Below, one piece after another: positions 1-10,400 of a stretch of 64,000 nucleotides of DNA (positions are counted from its first letter, which is position 1; each line of letters begins with the position of its first letter). The translations under genes and the position numbers were made by a program. This DNA comes from Candidatus Limnocylindria bacterium (GTDB lineage Bacteria; Chloroflexota; Limnocylindria; QHBO01), in NCBI GenBank assembly GCA_036274575.1, contig DASUFJ010000131.1, forward strand, positions 4,262-68,261. The letters run 5' to 3'. The notes under the pieces were generated by a model. The model was given only the letters and a program-made list of their open reading frames with translations, searched no databases and was not told the DNA's origin.

Positions 1-1
1 G

Positions 2-448
2 ATCTGGGCCTTCGTCACCCCCGGGCTGACGCGCGGCGAGCGGCGGCTGGTGTGGCCGCTCCTCGGTGCCGCGGTCGTCCTCTTCGCCGCGGGGCTCCTC
101 CTCGGCTACCTCCTCATCCCGGTCGCGATCAACTTCCTCCTCGACTTCTCGCTCCCCGGGGTCGAGCCGCTCCTCGGCCTTGGCGACTACGTCGGCTTCA
201 TCACGACGTTCCTGCTCGCGTTCGGCATCGCCCTCGAGTTCCCTGTCGTCATGTACCTCCTCGCGCGGCTCGGGATCCTGTCGTACGAGTTCCTGTCGCG
301 CCGCCGCCGGTTCGCCATCCTGGTCATCGCCCTGTTCGCCATCGTCATCACCCCCGGTGACATCGTCATCGGCTCCGCGACCCTCGCGATCATCATGTAC
401 GGCCTCTTCGAGGCGACGCTGCAGCTCATCCGGATCCTCGGGCGCTGA
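2..448 (+). CDS. tatC: Twin-arginine translocase subunit TatC, C-terminal part (5' end outside the window)
   Basis: The frame is open from nt 2 (IWAFVTPGLTRGERR...) and continues through listed ORF 50..448. It is a polytopic hydrophobic protein with TatC-like FVxPGLxxxER and LDFSLPG...LGDYVGF segments. Confidence 0.8.
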   Translation: MWAFVTPGLTRGERRLVWPLLGAAVVLFAAGLLLGYLLIPVAINFLLDFSLPGVEPLLGLGDYVGFITTFLLAFGIALEFPVVMYLLARLGILSYEFLSRRRRFAILVIALFAIVITPGDIVIGSATLAIIMYGLFEATLQLIRILGR

Positions 449-456
449 CCTATCAG

Positions 457-1410
457 GTGGCTGCCCCCGTCATGCTCCTCACCGATGCCGGCATGGATGC
501 GCACGTCGCAGCTGGCCATCCGGAACGCCCGCAACGCCGCGAGGCGGCAGCGGCTGGCGTGCGCGACGCGGCCCGGAATCGGCTGGTCGAGAGGCGGGTT
601 GGGCCCGCGTCCGACGATGCGCTGAGCCGAATCCACGATCCGCGCTACCTCGCCGCGCTGGACGAGGCGGAGGACGAGGGCGGCGGCTGGCTCGATGCGG
701 ACACCTACCTCGTTCCGGGATCGATGGCCGCCGCGCGCCTGGCCGCCGGGGCGACACTCCAGGCGGCACGGGCAGCCATGGCCGGGGAGGCCGAGGTCGC
801 GTTCGCAGCCGTCCGACCGCCTGGCCACCATGCCGCGGCGGCACGGGGCAGCGGGTTCTGCCTGCTCAACAACATCGCCGTCGCCGTCGCGGCGCTGCGC
901 GCCGACGGCGTGGCCGGGAGGGTGGCGATCGTCGACTGGGACGTGCACCATGGCGACGGCACCCAGGCGATCTTCGAGAACGATCCGAACGTGCTCTATG
1001 CCTCGACCCACCAGGCGCCGTTCTATCCCGGCACCGGCCATCCGGAGGAGCGTGGGATCGGCGGTGCCGTCGGCACGATGCTCAACCGCCCGCTATCCGC
1101 GGGTGAGGGTGACGTTGCGTTCGTGGAGGCCTGGACCGGCGAGCTGCTGCCCGCGATCGAAACGTTCGCCCCCGAGGCGATTCTCGTCTCCGCCGGGTAT
1201 GACGCGCACCGCGACGATCCCCTGGCCGGCCTCCGCGTGACCGAGGCCGGCTACCTGGAGGTGGCGCTCGCCCTCGGACGGGCCTCGGCGAGGCTGGCGC
1301 TGCCCGGCGTCGCCCTCACCCTCGAGGGCGGCTACGACCTCGACGCGCTGCGTGCGGCGACCGGCGCGACGGTGCGCGGCATCCTGGCGGGCCGGGCGGA
1401 AAGCGCCTGA
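457..1410 (+). CDS. Histone deacetylase-family (acetoin utilization/acetylpolyamine amidohydrolase-like) protein
   Basis: ORF 457..1410 carries VRPPGHHA and IVDWDVHHGDGTQAIF...YASTHQAPFYPGTG, the classical HDAC/AcuC active-site blocks. Confidence 0.8.
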   Translation: MAAPVMLLTDAGMDAHVAAGHPERPQRREAAAAGVRDAARNRLVERRVGPASDDALSRIHDPRYLAALDEAEDEGGGWLDADTYLVPGSMAAARLAAGATLQAARAAMAGEAEVAFAAVRPPGHHAAAARGSGFCLLNNIAVAVAALRADGVAGRVAIVDWDVHHGDGTQAIFENDPNVLYASTHQAPFYPGTGHPEERGIGGAVGTMLNRPLSAGEGDVAFVEAWTGELLPAIETFAPEAILVSAGYDAHRDDPLAGLRVTEAGYLEVALALGRASARLALPGVALTLEGGYDLDALRAATGATVRGILAGRAESA

Positions 1411-1418
1411 TGCTTGGC

Positions 1419-1424
1419 TATACT
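1419..1424 (+). promoter_or_regulatory. Candidate -10 hexamer TATACT (within GGCTATACT) upstream of rapZ
   Basis: One of six same-strand copies of the AT-rich 8-mer GCTATACT in this GC-rich window. It sits just after the HDAC stop codon (1408-1410). Confidence 0.4.
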
Positions 1425-1454
1425 CGACCCCGCTCCGAGCACACTGAGGGGGTC

Positions 1455-2402
1455 GTGGTACAACCGCAGCCGATCAGCAGCGCGTCCCAGGGGGAGGTGA
1501 GCGCGGCTGCGCCAGCGCCCGACGCGCTCGATCGGCCGGCTGAGCATCTCCTGGTCATCAGCGGCCTCTCCGGCGCGGGGAAGAGCCAGGCGAGCAAGCT
1601 CTTCGAGGACCTCGGCTACTCCGTGGTCGACAACCTCCCGCCGGATCTGCTCGACTCGTACCTCGACCTGCGCCGCCAGGAGCCGGAGCGCTACCACCGT
1701 GCGGCGCTCGTGCTCGACATTCGCGCCGGCGACCCGGCGCCCGCGATCGAACGCGCACGAGAGGCCCTCGCCGCCGATGGCTCGGAGCTCGAGCTCGTCT
1801 ACCTCGAGGCCAGCGACCCGACGATCGTGAGCAGATTCAGCGAGACGAGGCACCGCCACCCGCTGCAGGAGACGCGGAGCGGCATCCAGGCGAGCATCGC
1901 CGAGGAGCGCCGGCGGCTGGCGAGGACCCGCGAGCTCGCCAACCACGTCATCGACACGAGCGGCTTCTCGATCGCGCAGCTGAAGGACCGCATCTTCGCG
2001 ATCCTGCCGCGCGACGTCGTCGACGACCGCCTCGTCATCGACATCGTGACCTTCGGATTCAAGTACGGCATCCCCCTCGAGGCGGACATCGTCCTCGACG
2101 TGCGGTTCCTCACGAACCCGTACTGGAACCCCGACCTGAAGCCGCTCTCTGGCCTCGAGGAGCCGGTGCGCGACTTCGTCCTGGCGCAGCCCGCCGCGAA
2201 CCGCTTCCTGGATCTCGTCACCGAGCTCCTTCAGCTCACGGCGCCGGCCTACGTGGCCGAGGGACGCCAGCAGCTGCGCCTCGCGCTCGGCTGCACCGGT
2301 GGCTACCACCGTTCGATCGCCCTCGCCGAGGAGCTGGCGCGGCGGCTCGATGCCGTGCCGAACGCGTCGATCAATGTCTTCCACCGGGAGCTCGGCCGAT
2401 GA
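1455..2402 (+). CDS. rapZ: RNase adapter / nucleotide-binding protein RapZ (YvcJ family)
   Basis: P-loop ISGLSGAGKSQASKLFEDLGY and C-terminal LGCTGGYHRSIALAEEL, plus the conserved rapZ-yvcK-whiA order. The start is uncertain. GTG 1455 follows GAGGGGG and the candidate promoter, while ATG 1410 (TGATG overlap with the upstream stop) is the alternative. Confidence 0.85.
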   Translation: MVQPQPISSASQGEVSAAAPAPDALDRPAEHLLVISGLSGAGKSQASKLFEDLGYSVVDNLPPDLLDSYLDLRRQEPERYHRAALVLDIRAGDPAPAIERAREALAADGSELELVYLEASDPTIVSRFSETRHRHPLQETRSGIQASIAEERRRLARTRELANHVIDTSGFSIAQLKDRIFAILPRDVVDDRLVIDIVTFGFKYGIPLEADIVLDVRFLTNPYWNPDLKPLSGLEEPVRDFVLAQPAANRFLDLVTELLQLTAPAYVAEGRQQLRLALGCTGGYHRSIALAEELARRLDAVPNASINVFHRELGR

Positions 2403-3721
2403 GGATGCGACGCGTCCCGCGCTGGATGTACCCGGGGATGCACCTCAAGCGGTGGCTCGCGCTGCTGCTGCTCGGGATCGTCATCGTCGGCCTCGGGGCG
2501 GCGATCTTCATCCGTGACCTCTACCGCGCGACCGATGCGGACACGATCCCGGTCGTCTACTGGCTCACCGGCGCGTGGCTGGAGCCGCAGGTGCGGGCGA
2601 CGCTCGTCGCGATCCTGGGCCTGACGCTGACCGGGATCGGCATGTGGGGCCTCATGCGCTCGGTCATCTCGCCCTTCGTGGGGCGCGGGAACAGCGTCAT
2701 GGAGGTGCTCTACACCAAGCGCTACCTGGCGCGCGGGCCGCGGATCGTGGCGATCGGCGGCGGCACCGGGCTCTCGACGCTGCTGCGCGGCATCAAGGGC
2801 TACAGCGCGAACATCACGGCCGTCGTGGCCGTCGCCGATGACGGTGGGAGCAGCGGCCAGCTCCGCCAGCAGCTGGGCATCATTCCGCCCGGCGACATCC
2901 GGAACTGCATCGCCGCCCTGGCCGATGCGGAGCCGCTCATGACCCAGCTCATGCAGTACCGCTTCCCGCCGGGATCCGGCCTCGACAACCACGCCTTCGG
3001 CAACCTGTTCATCGCCGCCATGACGGCCGTGACCGGCGACTTCGAGGAGGCCGTTCGCGAGTCGAACCGGGTCCTCGCGGTGAGGGGCCAGGTCCTGCCG
3101 GCCACGAGCGTCCCGCTCAACCTCTCCGCGCAGCTCTCCAACGGGCGCCAGCTCTACGGGCAGGCCGCGATCACGACCGCCCAGGAGCCCATCGAGCGCG
3201 TCTTCATCGAGCCGGCCGACGTGCGAGCGAACGGCGAGGCGCTCGAGCGGATCCTCGAGGCGGAGATGATCGTCATCGGCCCTGGCAGCCTCTTCAGCAG
3301 CATCCTCCCGAACCTCCTCATCACCGACGTGCGCGACGCACTGGCCGCGGCGCCCGGACTGATCGTCTATGTCTGCAACGTTGCCACCCAGCCGGGCGAG
3401 ACCGAGGAGCTGAGCGCCTCCGAGCACCTGCGAGCGCTGTTCGACCATGTCGGGGACGGGCTCGTCGACTACGTCATCGTCAACCGCAACACCGATGCGC
3501 GCCGCCCCGAGGGCTGGCGCGCCCATCCGGTCGAGGTCGACGTCCGACGCCTCGAGGAGCTTTCGGTCGTGATCGTCGAGGAAGACGTCGTCGATCCGTC
3601 CAACGCCCATCGCCACGACCCGGCGAAGCTCGCCGCGGCCCTCATGCGCCTCCAGCAGGAGGACCGCGTCGAGCGGCCGCGCCAGCGTCATCTGGGCCGG
3701 CCGACGGCGAACGTCTCCTGA
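2399..3721 (+). CDS. yvcK: Gluconeogenesis factor YvcK/CuvA family (UPF0052, CofD-like)
   Basis: IVAIGGGTGLSTLLRGIKGYSANITAVVAVADDGGSSGQLR is the hallmark N-terminal block. There is an N-terminal TM extension and an ATGA overlap with rapZ. Confidence 0.85.
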   Translation: MRMRRVPRWMYPGMHLKRWLALLLLGIVIVGLGAAIFIRDLYRATDADTIPVVYWLTGAWLEPQVRATLVAILGLTLTGIGMWGLMRSVISPFVGRGNSVMEVLYTKRYLARGPRIVAIGGGTGLSTLLRGIKGYSANITAVVAVADDGGSSGQLRQQLGIIPPGDIRNCIAALADAEPLMTQLMQYRFPPGSGLDNHAFGNLFIAAMTAVTGDFEEAVRESNRVLAVRGQVLPATSVPLNLSAQLSNGRQLYGQAAITTAQEPIERVFIEPADVRANGEALERILEAEMIVIGPGSLFSSILPNLLITDVRDALAAAPGLIVYVCNVATQPGETEELSASEHLRALFDHVGDGLVDYVIVNRNTDARRPEGWRAHPVEVDVRRLEELSVVIVEEDVVDPSNAHRHDPAKLAAALMRLQQEDRVERPRQRHLGRPTANVS

Positions 3722-3729
3722 CGTCATCG

Positions 3730-4577
3730 GTGCTCCTCGCGGGCGAGGTCAAGGGCGAGCTGGCGCGGATCCAGCCCGCCCGAGCGTGCGATCGGCGAGC
3801 GGAGCTCATCGGTCTCCTCCAGGGGGCGCGTGGGGGAACCTTCCGCACGCTTGACCACGCGGTCGCCCGCACCGCGGTCCACCTGGCCACCGCGCTCGGG
3901 ATCGCGGTCGAGACGGCCCGGGCCGCCGCGCCGGATCGAGCACACGCCGGGGGGCGGCACCATCTCGCGGTCGAGGTCGACCGCGAGGCCCTCGGCCGAT
4001 GGGCGTGGGACACGGCGCCCGCCTGCGATCGCCGGGCCTTCCTGCGCGGCGTCCTCCTCGGCAGCGGATCGATCTCGTTCAGCGCCTCCGGCCCGCATGT
4101 CGAGATCTCGCTCGCCGATGCCGACGCCGCCGCCGGTCTCCAGCGCGCGCTGGGGTCGCTGGACGTCCGCGCTCTGCGCACGGAGCGCCGGGGCCGTCAC
4201 GTCGTCTATCTCAAGGGGCAGGAGGAGATCGTCGCCCTCCTCCGCCTGGCCGGGGCGAATCGCGGGGTGCTCGAGCTCGAGACGCACCGCGTCGGACGCG
4301 ACGTGCGCTCGCGCCTGAACCGTCTGCTCAACGCAGAGGAGGCGAACCTCGGGCGCACGGTCCGTGCCGCCGACCGGCAGCTCTCGGCGATCTCACGCCT
4401 CGAGGCCGATGGACGCCTGGCCGGCCTCTCGACCGCGCTGCGCGAGACCGCGGCGGTCCGACGGCACATGCCGGAGGCCGATCTGGATACCCTTGCCGCG
4501 GCCATGGGAGTGAGCCGCTCGGCCGCCAACCATCGGCTGCGACGTCTCGTCGAGCTCGCCCGCGACGAGGAGGAGTG

Positions 4578-4578
<1 letters not shown>
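3730..4578 (+). CDS. whiA: DNA-binding protein WhiA
   Basis: Position after rapZ-yvcK, a C-terminal HTH-like LDTLAAAMGVSRSAANHRLRRLVELA, and an internal LRGVLLGSGSIS block typical of the degenerate LAGLIDADG domain. Confidence 0.8.
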
Positions 4579-5341
<763 letters not shown>

Positions 5342-5345
<4 letters not shown>

Positions 5346-6871
5346 CCGTCGTCCTCGTCGTCCTCGACGGATTCGGCATCGGTGACGACGCGTCACGCGA
5401 CGTGCTGCAGGCGGCGCCGATGTGGAACTGGCACCGCCTCCTCGCCGAGTTCCCGCACTGCCGGATCCAGGCGTCGGGCGAGGCGGTCGGGCTGCCGGCC
5501 GGCCAGATGGGTAACAGCGAGGTCGGGCACCTCAACCTCGGCGCCGGGTTCCCGGTCCTCCAGGACCTGCCGCGCATCAGCGCCGCCATCGCCGACGGCA
5601 GCTTCTTCACCAACGACGCGCTCACCGCCGCCTGCGCGCGCGCCCGAGACGGAGGCGGCCGGCTCCATCTCATGGGACTCGTGGGGCCGGGCGGCATCCA
5701 TGCCGTCGACGAGCATCTCGTGGCCATGGTCGAGCTCGCTCATCAGTCCGGGTTGTCGGCGGATCGAGTCCTGTTCCATGCCTTCACCGATGGACGCGAC
5801 ACGCCGCCGCGATCCGCCGACACGTTCCTCCCGGCGCTGGAGGAGCGGTTCGCCCGCCGCGCGCGCGTCGCGAGCGTGAGCGGTCGCTTCTACGCGATGG
5901 ACCGCGACCAGCGCTGGGAACGCACCCGGCGGGCATACGACGCGATCGTCCATGGCTTGGGCCCCAGCGCTGCCACCGCCGCCGACGCGGTGACCGGGGC
6001 GTACGCGCGGGACGAGGGCGACGAGTTCATCCAGCCGACCGTCATCGGTGACGCCGTGCCGGTCGAGGCGCGCGACGCGCTGGTCCACCTCAACTTCCGG
6101 GCCGATCGCGCGCGGCAGCTCAGCCAGGCGCTGACGCTGGACGAGTTCGACGCCTTCGATCGCGGGACGAGTCCGGGGCCGCTCGACCTGACGACGCTGA
6201 CCGAGTACCAGTCGCCGCTCGAGATGCCGGTCCACGTCGCCTTCCCGCCGATCGAGATCGACTCGCTGGCGGCGCACCTCGCGCGGCGCGGCATGCGGCA
6301 GCTCCATGTCGCCGAGACCGAGAAGTACGCCCACGTGACCTACTTCTTCAACGGCGGCGTCGAGGCGCCGTTCCCCGGGGAGGAGCGCGTCATGATTCCA
6401 TCGCGGCGCGACGTTCCGACCTACGACCTCGCGCCGGAGATGAGCGCCGAGCCGATCACCGATCGCGTGGTTCGCGCGCTCGAGGAGGGCAAGTACGACT
6501 TCATCGTCGCCAACTACGCGAACCCGGACATGGTCGGCCACACCGGCGTCTGGTCCGCGGCCGTCCAGGCGGCGGAGGTCATCGATGCCTGCCTCGGCCG
6601 GCTCGTCCGCAGCGCGACCGGGACGGAAAGCCCGCTCGTCATCACCGCCGACCACGGGAACATCGAGCAGATGCGCGATGCCGATGGCAATCCGCAGACG
6701 GCGCACACGACCTCGCCGGTGCCGTTCGTCCTGGTGGACCTCGCGCGCCAGGGTGCCACGCTGCGCGATGGCATCCTCGCCGACGTCGCGCCGACCCTGT
6801 GCGAGCTGATGGGCATCGCGCCTGGACCGGAGATGACGGGCAGGAGCCTCATCGGGCGTCCGGACTGCTGA
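5342..6871 (+). CDS. gpmI: 2,3-bisphosphoglycerate-independent phosphoglycerate mutase
   Basis: VVLDGFGIG, MGNSEVGHLNLGAG and ITADHGN motifs. GTG 5342 forms a GTGA overlap with the tpiA stop. Confidence 0.9.
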
Positions 6872-6876
6872 TCGGC

Positions 6877-6882
6877 TAGACT
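6877..6882 (+). promoter_or_regulatory. Candidate -10 hexamer TAGACT, 9 nt before the secG ATG (near-leaderless)
   Basis: A TAnnnT hexamer in GC-rich context with no Shine-Dalgarno between it and ATG 6892. Confidence 0.4.
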
Positions 6883-6891
6883 GCGCCCGCC

Positions 6892-7110
6892 ATGGAGACC
6901 CCCCTCCTCATCGCGCAGATGATCCTCGCCATCGCGCTCATCGCCGCCATCCTGCTGCAGCAGCGCGGGACCGGCCTGGGCGGAGCGTTCGGCGGCGAGG
7001 TGACGGCCTATCGCAGCCGACGCGGGATCGAGCGCACGCTGTTCCGGCTGACGATCGTCCTCGCCATCCTCTTCGTCGCGTTCAGCCTCCTCAACCTGCT
7101 CCCGCAGTAG
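6892..7110 (+). CDS. secG: Preprotein translocase subunit SecG
   Basis: A 72-aa two-TM protein with LLQQRGTGLGGAFGG. The tpiA-(gpmI)-secG neighbourhood is typical. Confidence 0.8.
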   Translation: METPLLIAQMILAIALIAAILLQQRGTGLGGAFGGEVTAYRSRRGIERTLFRLTIVLAILFVAFSLLNLLPQ

Positions 7111-7136
7111 CGACCGGGGGCCGTGCTATCATCGGC

Positions 7137-7142
7137 TCGCGC
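7137..7142 (+). promoter_or_regulatory. Candidate -10 hexamer TATCAT (TGCTATCAT) upstream of the tRNA-Leu pair
   Basis: An extended -10-like TGnTAnnnT lying 27 nt before tRNA-Leu(CAG). Confidence 0.35.
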
Positions 7143-7168
7143 ACTCGGATCCGTCCGGGTGCGTGCGT

Positions 7169-7255
7169 GCCGAGGTGGCGGAATAGGCAGACGCGCTAGG
7201 TTCAGGACCTAGTGACCGCAAGGTCGTGTGGGTTCAAGTCCCTCCCTCGGTACCA
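7169..7255 (+). tRNA. tRNA-Leu (anticodon CAG)
   Basis: Hand-folded cloverleaf: acceptor GCCGAGG/CCTCGGT, anticodon stem CTAGG/CCTAG with loop TTCAGGA, long variable arm, TTCAAGT T-loop, encoded CCA. There is one T-T mismatch in the T-stem. Confidence 0.85.
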
Positions 7256-7274
7256 CCCCGGCAATCGTTTCGGG

Positions 7275-7359
7275 GCCCAGGTGGCGGAATTGGTATACGC
7301 GTACGTTTGAGGGGCGTATGGGGAAACCCATCCGGGTTCAAGTCCCGGCCTGGGCACCA
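7275..7359 (+). tRNA. tRNA-Leu (anticodon GAG)
   Basis: Acceptor GCCCAGG/CCTGGGC, anticodon stem TACGT/GCGTA with loop TTGAGGG, long variable arm, T-arm CCGGG-TTCAAGT-CCCGG, encoded CCA. Confidence 0.9.
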
Positions 7360-7382
7360 CTTCATCAGAGACGGACCGATGT

Positions 7383-7412
7383 GCCGCCCGCCTGACCGCG
7401 GGCGGCGTTTTC
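7383..7412 (+). terminator. Intrinsic terminator after the tRNA-Leu pair
   Basis: A 9-bp GC stem GCCGCCCGC/GCGGGCGGC with loop CTGACC, followed by GTTTTC. Confidence 0.75.
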
Positions 7413-7457
7413 GCATCCGGCCGTAACGGCCGATGGGCCGACTCGCTGGACCGCGGC

Positions 7458-7466
7458 TGATACCCT
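7458..7466 (+). promoter_or_regulatory. Candidate extended -10 TGATACCCT upstream of the AT3-ANL fusion gene
   Basis: A TGnTAnnnT pattern 16 nt before GTG 7483. The identical 9-mer recurs at 10565-10573 before tRNA-Val. Confidence 0.3.
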
Positions 7467-7482
7467 CGCGCACGAGGGCATC

Positions 7483-10400
7483 GTGGAGTCGTTCCGAGCG
7501 CGTTCCACCGCGACGACGCCATCCGCGCCATACGCGGGTGGAGGCGCCGAGCGCCTCATCTGGATCGACTGGCTGAAGGTCATCGTCGTCAGCGGCGTCT
7601 TCGTATTCCACGCCGCCGCGCCGTTCCTGATCATCGACTGGGTCGTCTCGAATGACGAGCGAAGCATGGGCCTGAGCGCGGTGGCTGGCTTCGGCTTCCT
7701 GTTCGGCATGCCGCTCATGTTTCTCCTGACCGGCGCCACCACATGGCTGTCGCTGGGACGGCGATCCCTGTCTGCCTACGGCCTCGTTCGCGTCCGCCGC
7801 CTGCTGCTGCCGCTGATCGCCGGCATCGCGATCCTCACGCCGCTGCAGTGGTGGCTGGCCGCTGCAATCGCGCGCGGGGGCGAGAACCCGCTGACCACGA
7901 TCGCGTGGTTCTTCGGCGGGATGCGCTTCGAGCCAACGTCCCGCTGGTTCGGTGACTACGGCCTGCATCTCTGGTTCATCGCATTCCTGTTGGCGTACTC
8001 CCTGCTCTGCCTCCCCCTCTTGGGCGTGCTGCGCCGTCCCGCCGGAGCACGCGCGCTCGACTGGCTTGCCGGTCTGCCCACCGCGGCGCTGCTGCTTGTC
8101 CTGTTCGTCCCGATGCTCGTCAGCCAGTGGCTGCTCCGGATCCCTTCGCCGCAATACCGGGACTGGGCCGACTTCGTGCTGTGGCTGGGCTTCTTCGCGG
8201 CTGGTGTGTTCCTGCTCGCCGATCGGCGGCTGCTCGACGCCGTCGTCCGCAGCGGGCCGCGCCTCATGCTGATCGGGATCGCGCTCGTTGTCGTGGGACT
8301 GATCGGCCACGGCCTGGCAGTCTCGTCGGGACTCATCCCGGGCGATCTGTGGAGCGGGGTCATCCGCCTCGAGAGCGCACCGGCGCTGGACGCGCCGACC
8401 GTTGCCTACATCACGCTCCGCACGGCAGCCTGTGCCGCGCTCACCGCCGGATGTCTCTGGATCGGAGTCCACCGCTTCCGGTCGCATCCGTCATGGCTGC
8501 CACGAGCCAGTCGAGCCATCCTGCCGTTCTACGTGCTCCACCATCCGGTTGTCGTGGCGGTGGCAGCACTCGTGGTGCAGTGGCCAGCGGGGCCGTGGAC
8601 GAAGCTCGTCGTCGTCCTGGTCGCCGCACTGGCCGGAAGCGTGATGCTGACGGCGCTCGTGATGCGCAGCTCCGTCGGGCGCTCTGTGTTCGGGATTCCA
8701 CCGGAGCCGGAGGAGCTCAGCCGTTACGGAGCAACGCCAGCATCGACGGCACAATCCGACCCCTTCGCGGTCCACATCGGGGAGCCGCTGAGCCTGGACG
8801 CGGCCGATCGACACACCAGCGTCGTCGGTGCTCTGGAGCAGACCGTGCGCCGGCTGCCGGATGCGGAGGCAATCCGGTGGAAGGAGGCGGGCAGCTGGCG
8901 CCGGATGAGTTACTCCCAGCTCTGGAGCCGCATTCGCGCCGCTTCGCTCGGCCTGCAGCTTCGCGGCATCGGCCACGGCGAGCACGTGGTGATCGTCAGC
9001 CGTTCGCGGCCTGAGTGGGTTGTGGCCGACTTTGCCGCCCTCGCCCTCGGGGCGGTGGTCTGCCCGATTGACCCTGGCGAATCCGATGCACGCATCGAGC
9101 AGGTCGTCCGTGGCCTCCGTCCGCGGCTGACATTCGTCGAGGACGAACGGCAACTGATGCGCCTGGGCGACATCGCGCCGACGGTCATTCTCGGCGGCGT
9201 CGCCCAGCCGAGAAGCCACCTGGTGACGCTTCACGACCTCGAGCGACTCGGCGGCGGGCTTGGGACATCGATGAGCGAGAGATGGGAGGCCGCCGTCGAC
9301 CGGCTGGACCGGTCCCAGGCGGCGACGATCGTTCAGACGATCGACGATGCCGGCACCTCACGCGGCGCAATCCTCACTCACGGCAACGTCCTCCACAACG
9401 TCGAGGCGGCACGCCGCGAGCTCGCGCTTCGGCCCGGCGACGTTGCGCTCTCCATCCTCCCACTGAGCCACATGTTCGAGCGTGCCGCGCAGCTCGTCGC
9501 CTTCACGAACGGCGCGACGATCGCGTTCGCCGAGCCCCGCATCGACAGGTGGTCCGACAACATGCGCGAGGTCCGCCCCCATGCCATGGCCGTGGTGCCG
9601 CTGTTCCTGACCCATCTCGTGGAGGGCATGCGCCGCGGCTCGGTCGGCCGGCCGGGCCAGATCGGTCGGCTGGCGCGCTGGAGCATCGCCACCGGGGCGT
9701 CGGTCAGGGGACAGTCCGGACGCGCCGGTCGCCGGCGGTCATGGTTGCGATTCGCGCTCGCGGACCTGCTGGTCCTGAGATCGCTGCGCGCGGCCACCGG
9801 GGGCCGGCTTCGCTACGTGTGCTGCGGCGGCGCGCCACTCCCGGTCGATGTCGCCGAATTTCTGTCGGCCGCCGGGATCCCCATCATCGAGGGTTACGGG
9901 ATGACCGAAGCATCGCCGCTACTCGCCATGAACCGCCTCGGCCGTCAGAGGCTCGGCACGGTCGGACCGCCGGTCGCCGGCACGGAGCTCCGCATCGATC
10001 ACCAGACAGGGGAGATCCTGGCTCGTGGGCCGCAGGTGATGCGGGGGTACCACGATCTTCCGCGCCAGACCGGCGCCGCGCTGCTTCCCGACGGCTGGTT
10101 GCGCACCGGCGATCTCGGGGCGTGGGATGCCGATGGAAACCTGCAGATCACTGGCGTTCGCAAGGACCTGCTCGTGCTTGCCAGCGGCAAGAAGGTCAGT
10201 CCACGTCCCATCGAGCTCGAGCTGGAGTCGTCAGAGCTCATCGCCCGGGCGGCCATCGTCGACCTCGGCGCCGAGGGGATTGGAGTCCTCCTCTGGCCGG
10301 AAGGGGACATCGTCCGATCGCGCGCCGCCATCGACGGGGCAGACGTCCAGGATCCGCTGATCGCCGAGGTGAGGCGGCAGCTTGGCACGCGGGCGTCGTA

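Noticed and set aside
2303-3727. 474-aa minus-strand ORF antisense to yvcK
   Set aside because: It is Arg/Asp/Glu/Gly/Pro-rich low complexity with no motifs. The + strand frame carries an unmistakable YvcK signature. It is a typical long shadow ORF of a roughly 70% GC genome.
3999-4577. Long 5' extensions of real genes in the ORF track (tpiA 3999, gpmI 5081, CaCA 21230, fmt 34445, yugP-like 35884, rpe 37924, GH-like 39057, recG 41715, coaD 44509, yceD 45637, nusB 47596, smc 48897, rpsB 61129)
   Set aside because: The extensions overlap upstream genes in another frame and lack homology. Conserved N-termini and NTGA coupling define the shorter starts.
7234-8487. 417-aa minus-strand ORF spanning both tRNA-Leu genes and the start of the AT3 domain
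   Set aside because: It overlaps two well-folded tRNAs and a terminator, and it is a highly charged low-complexity sequence.
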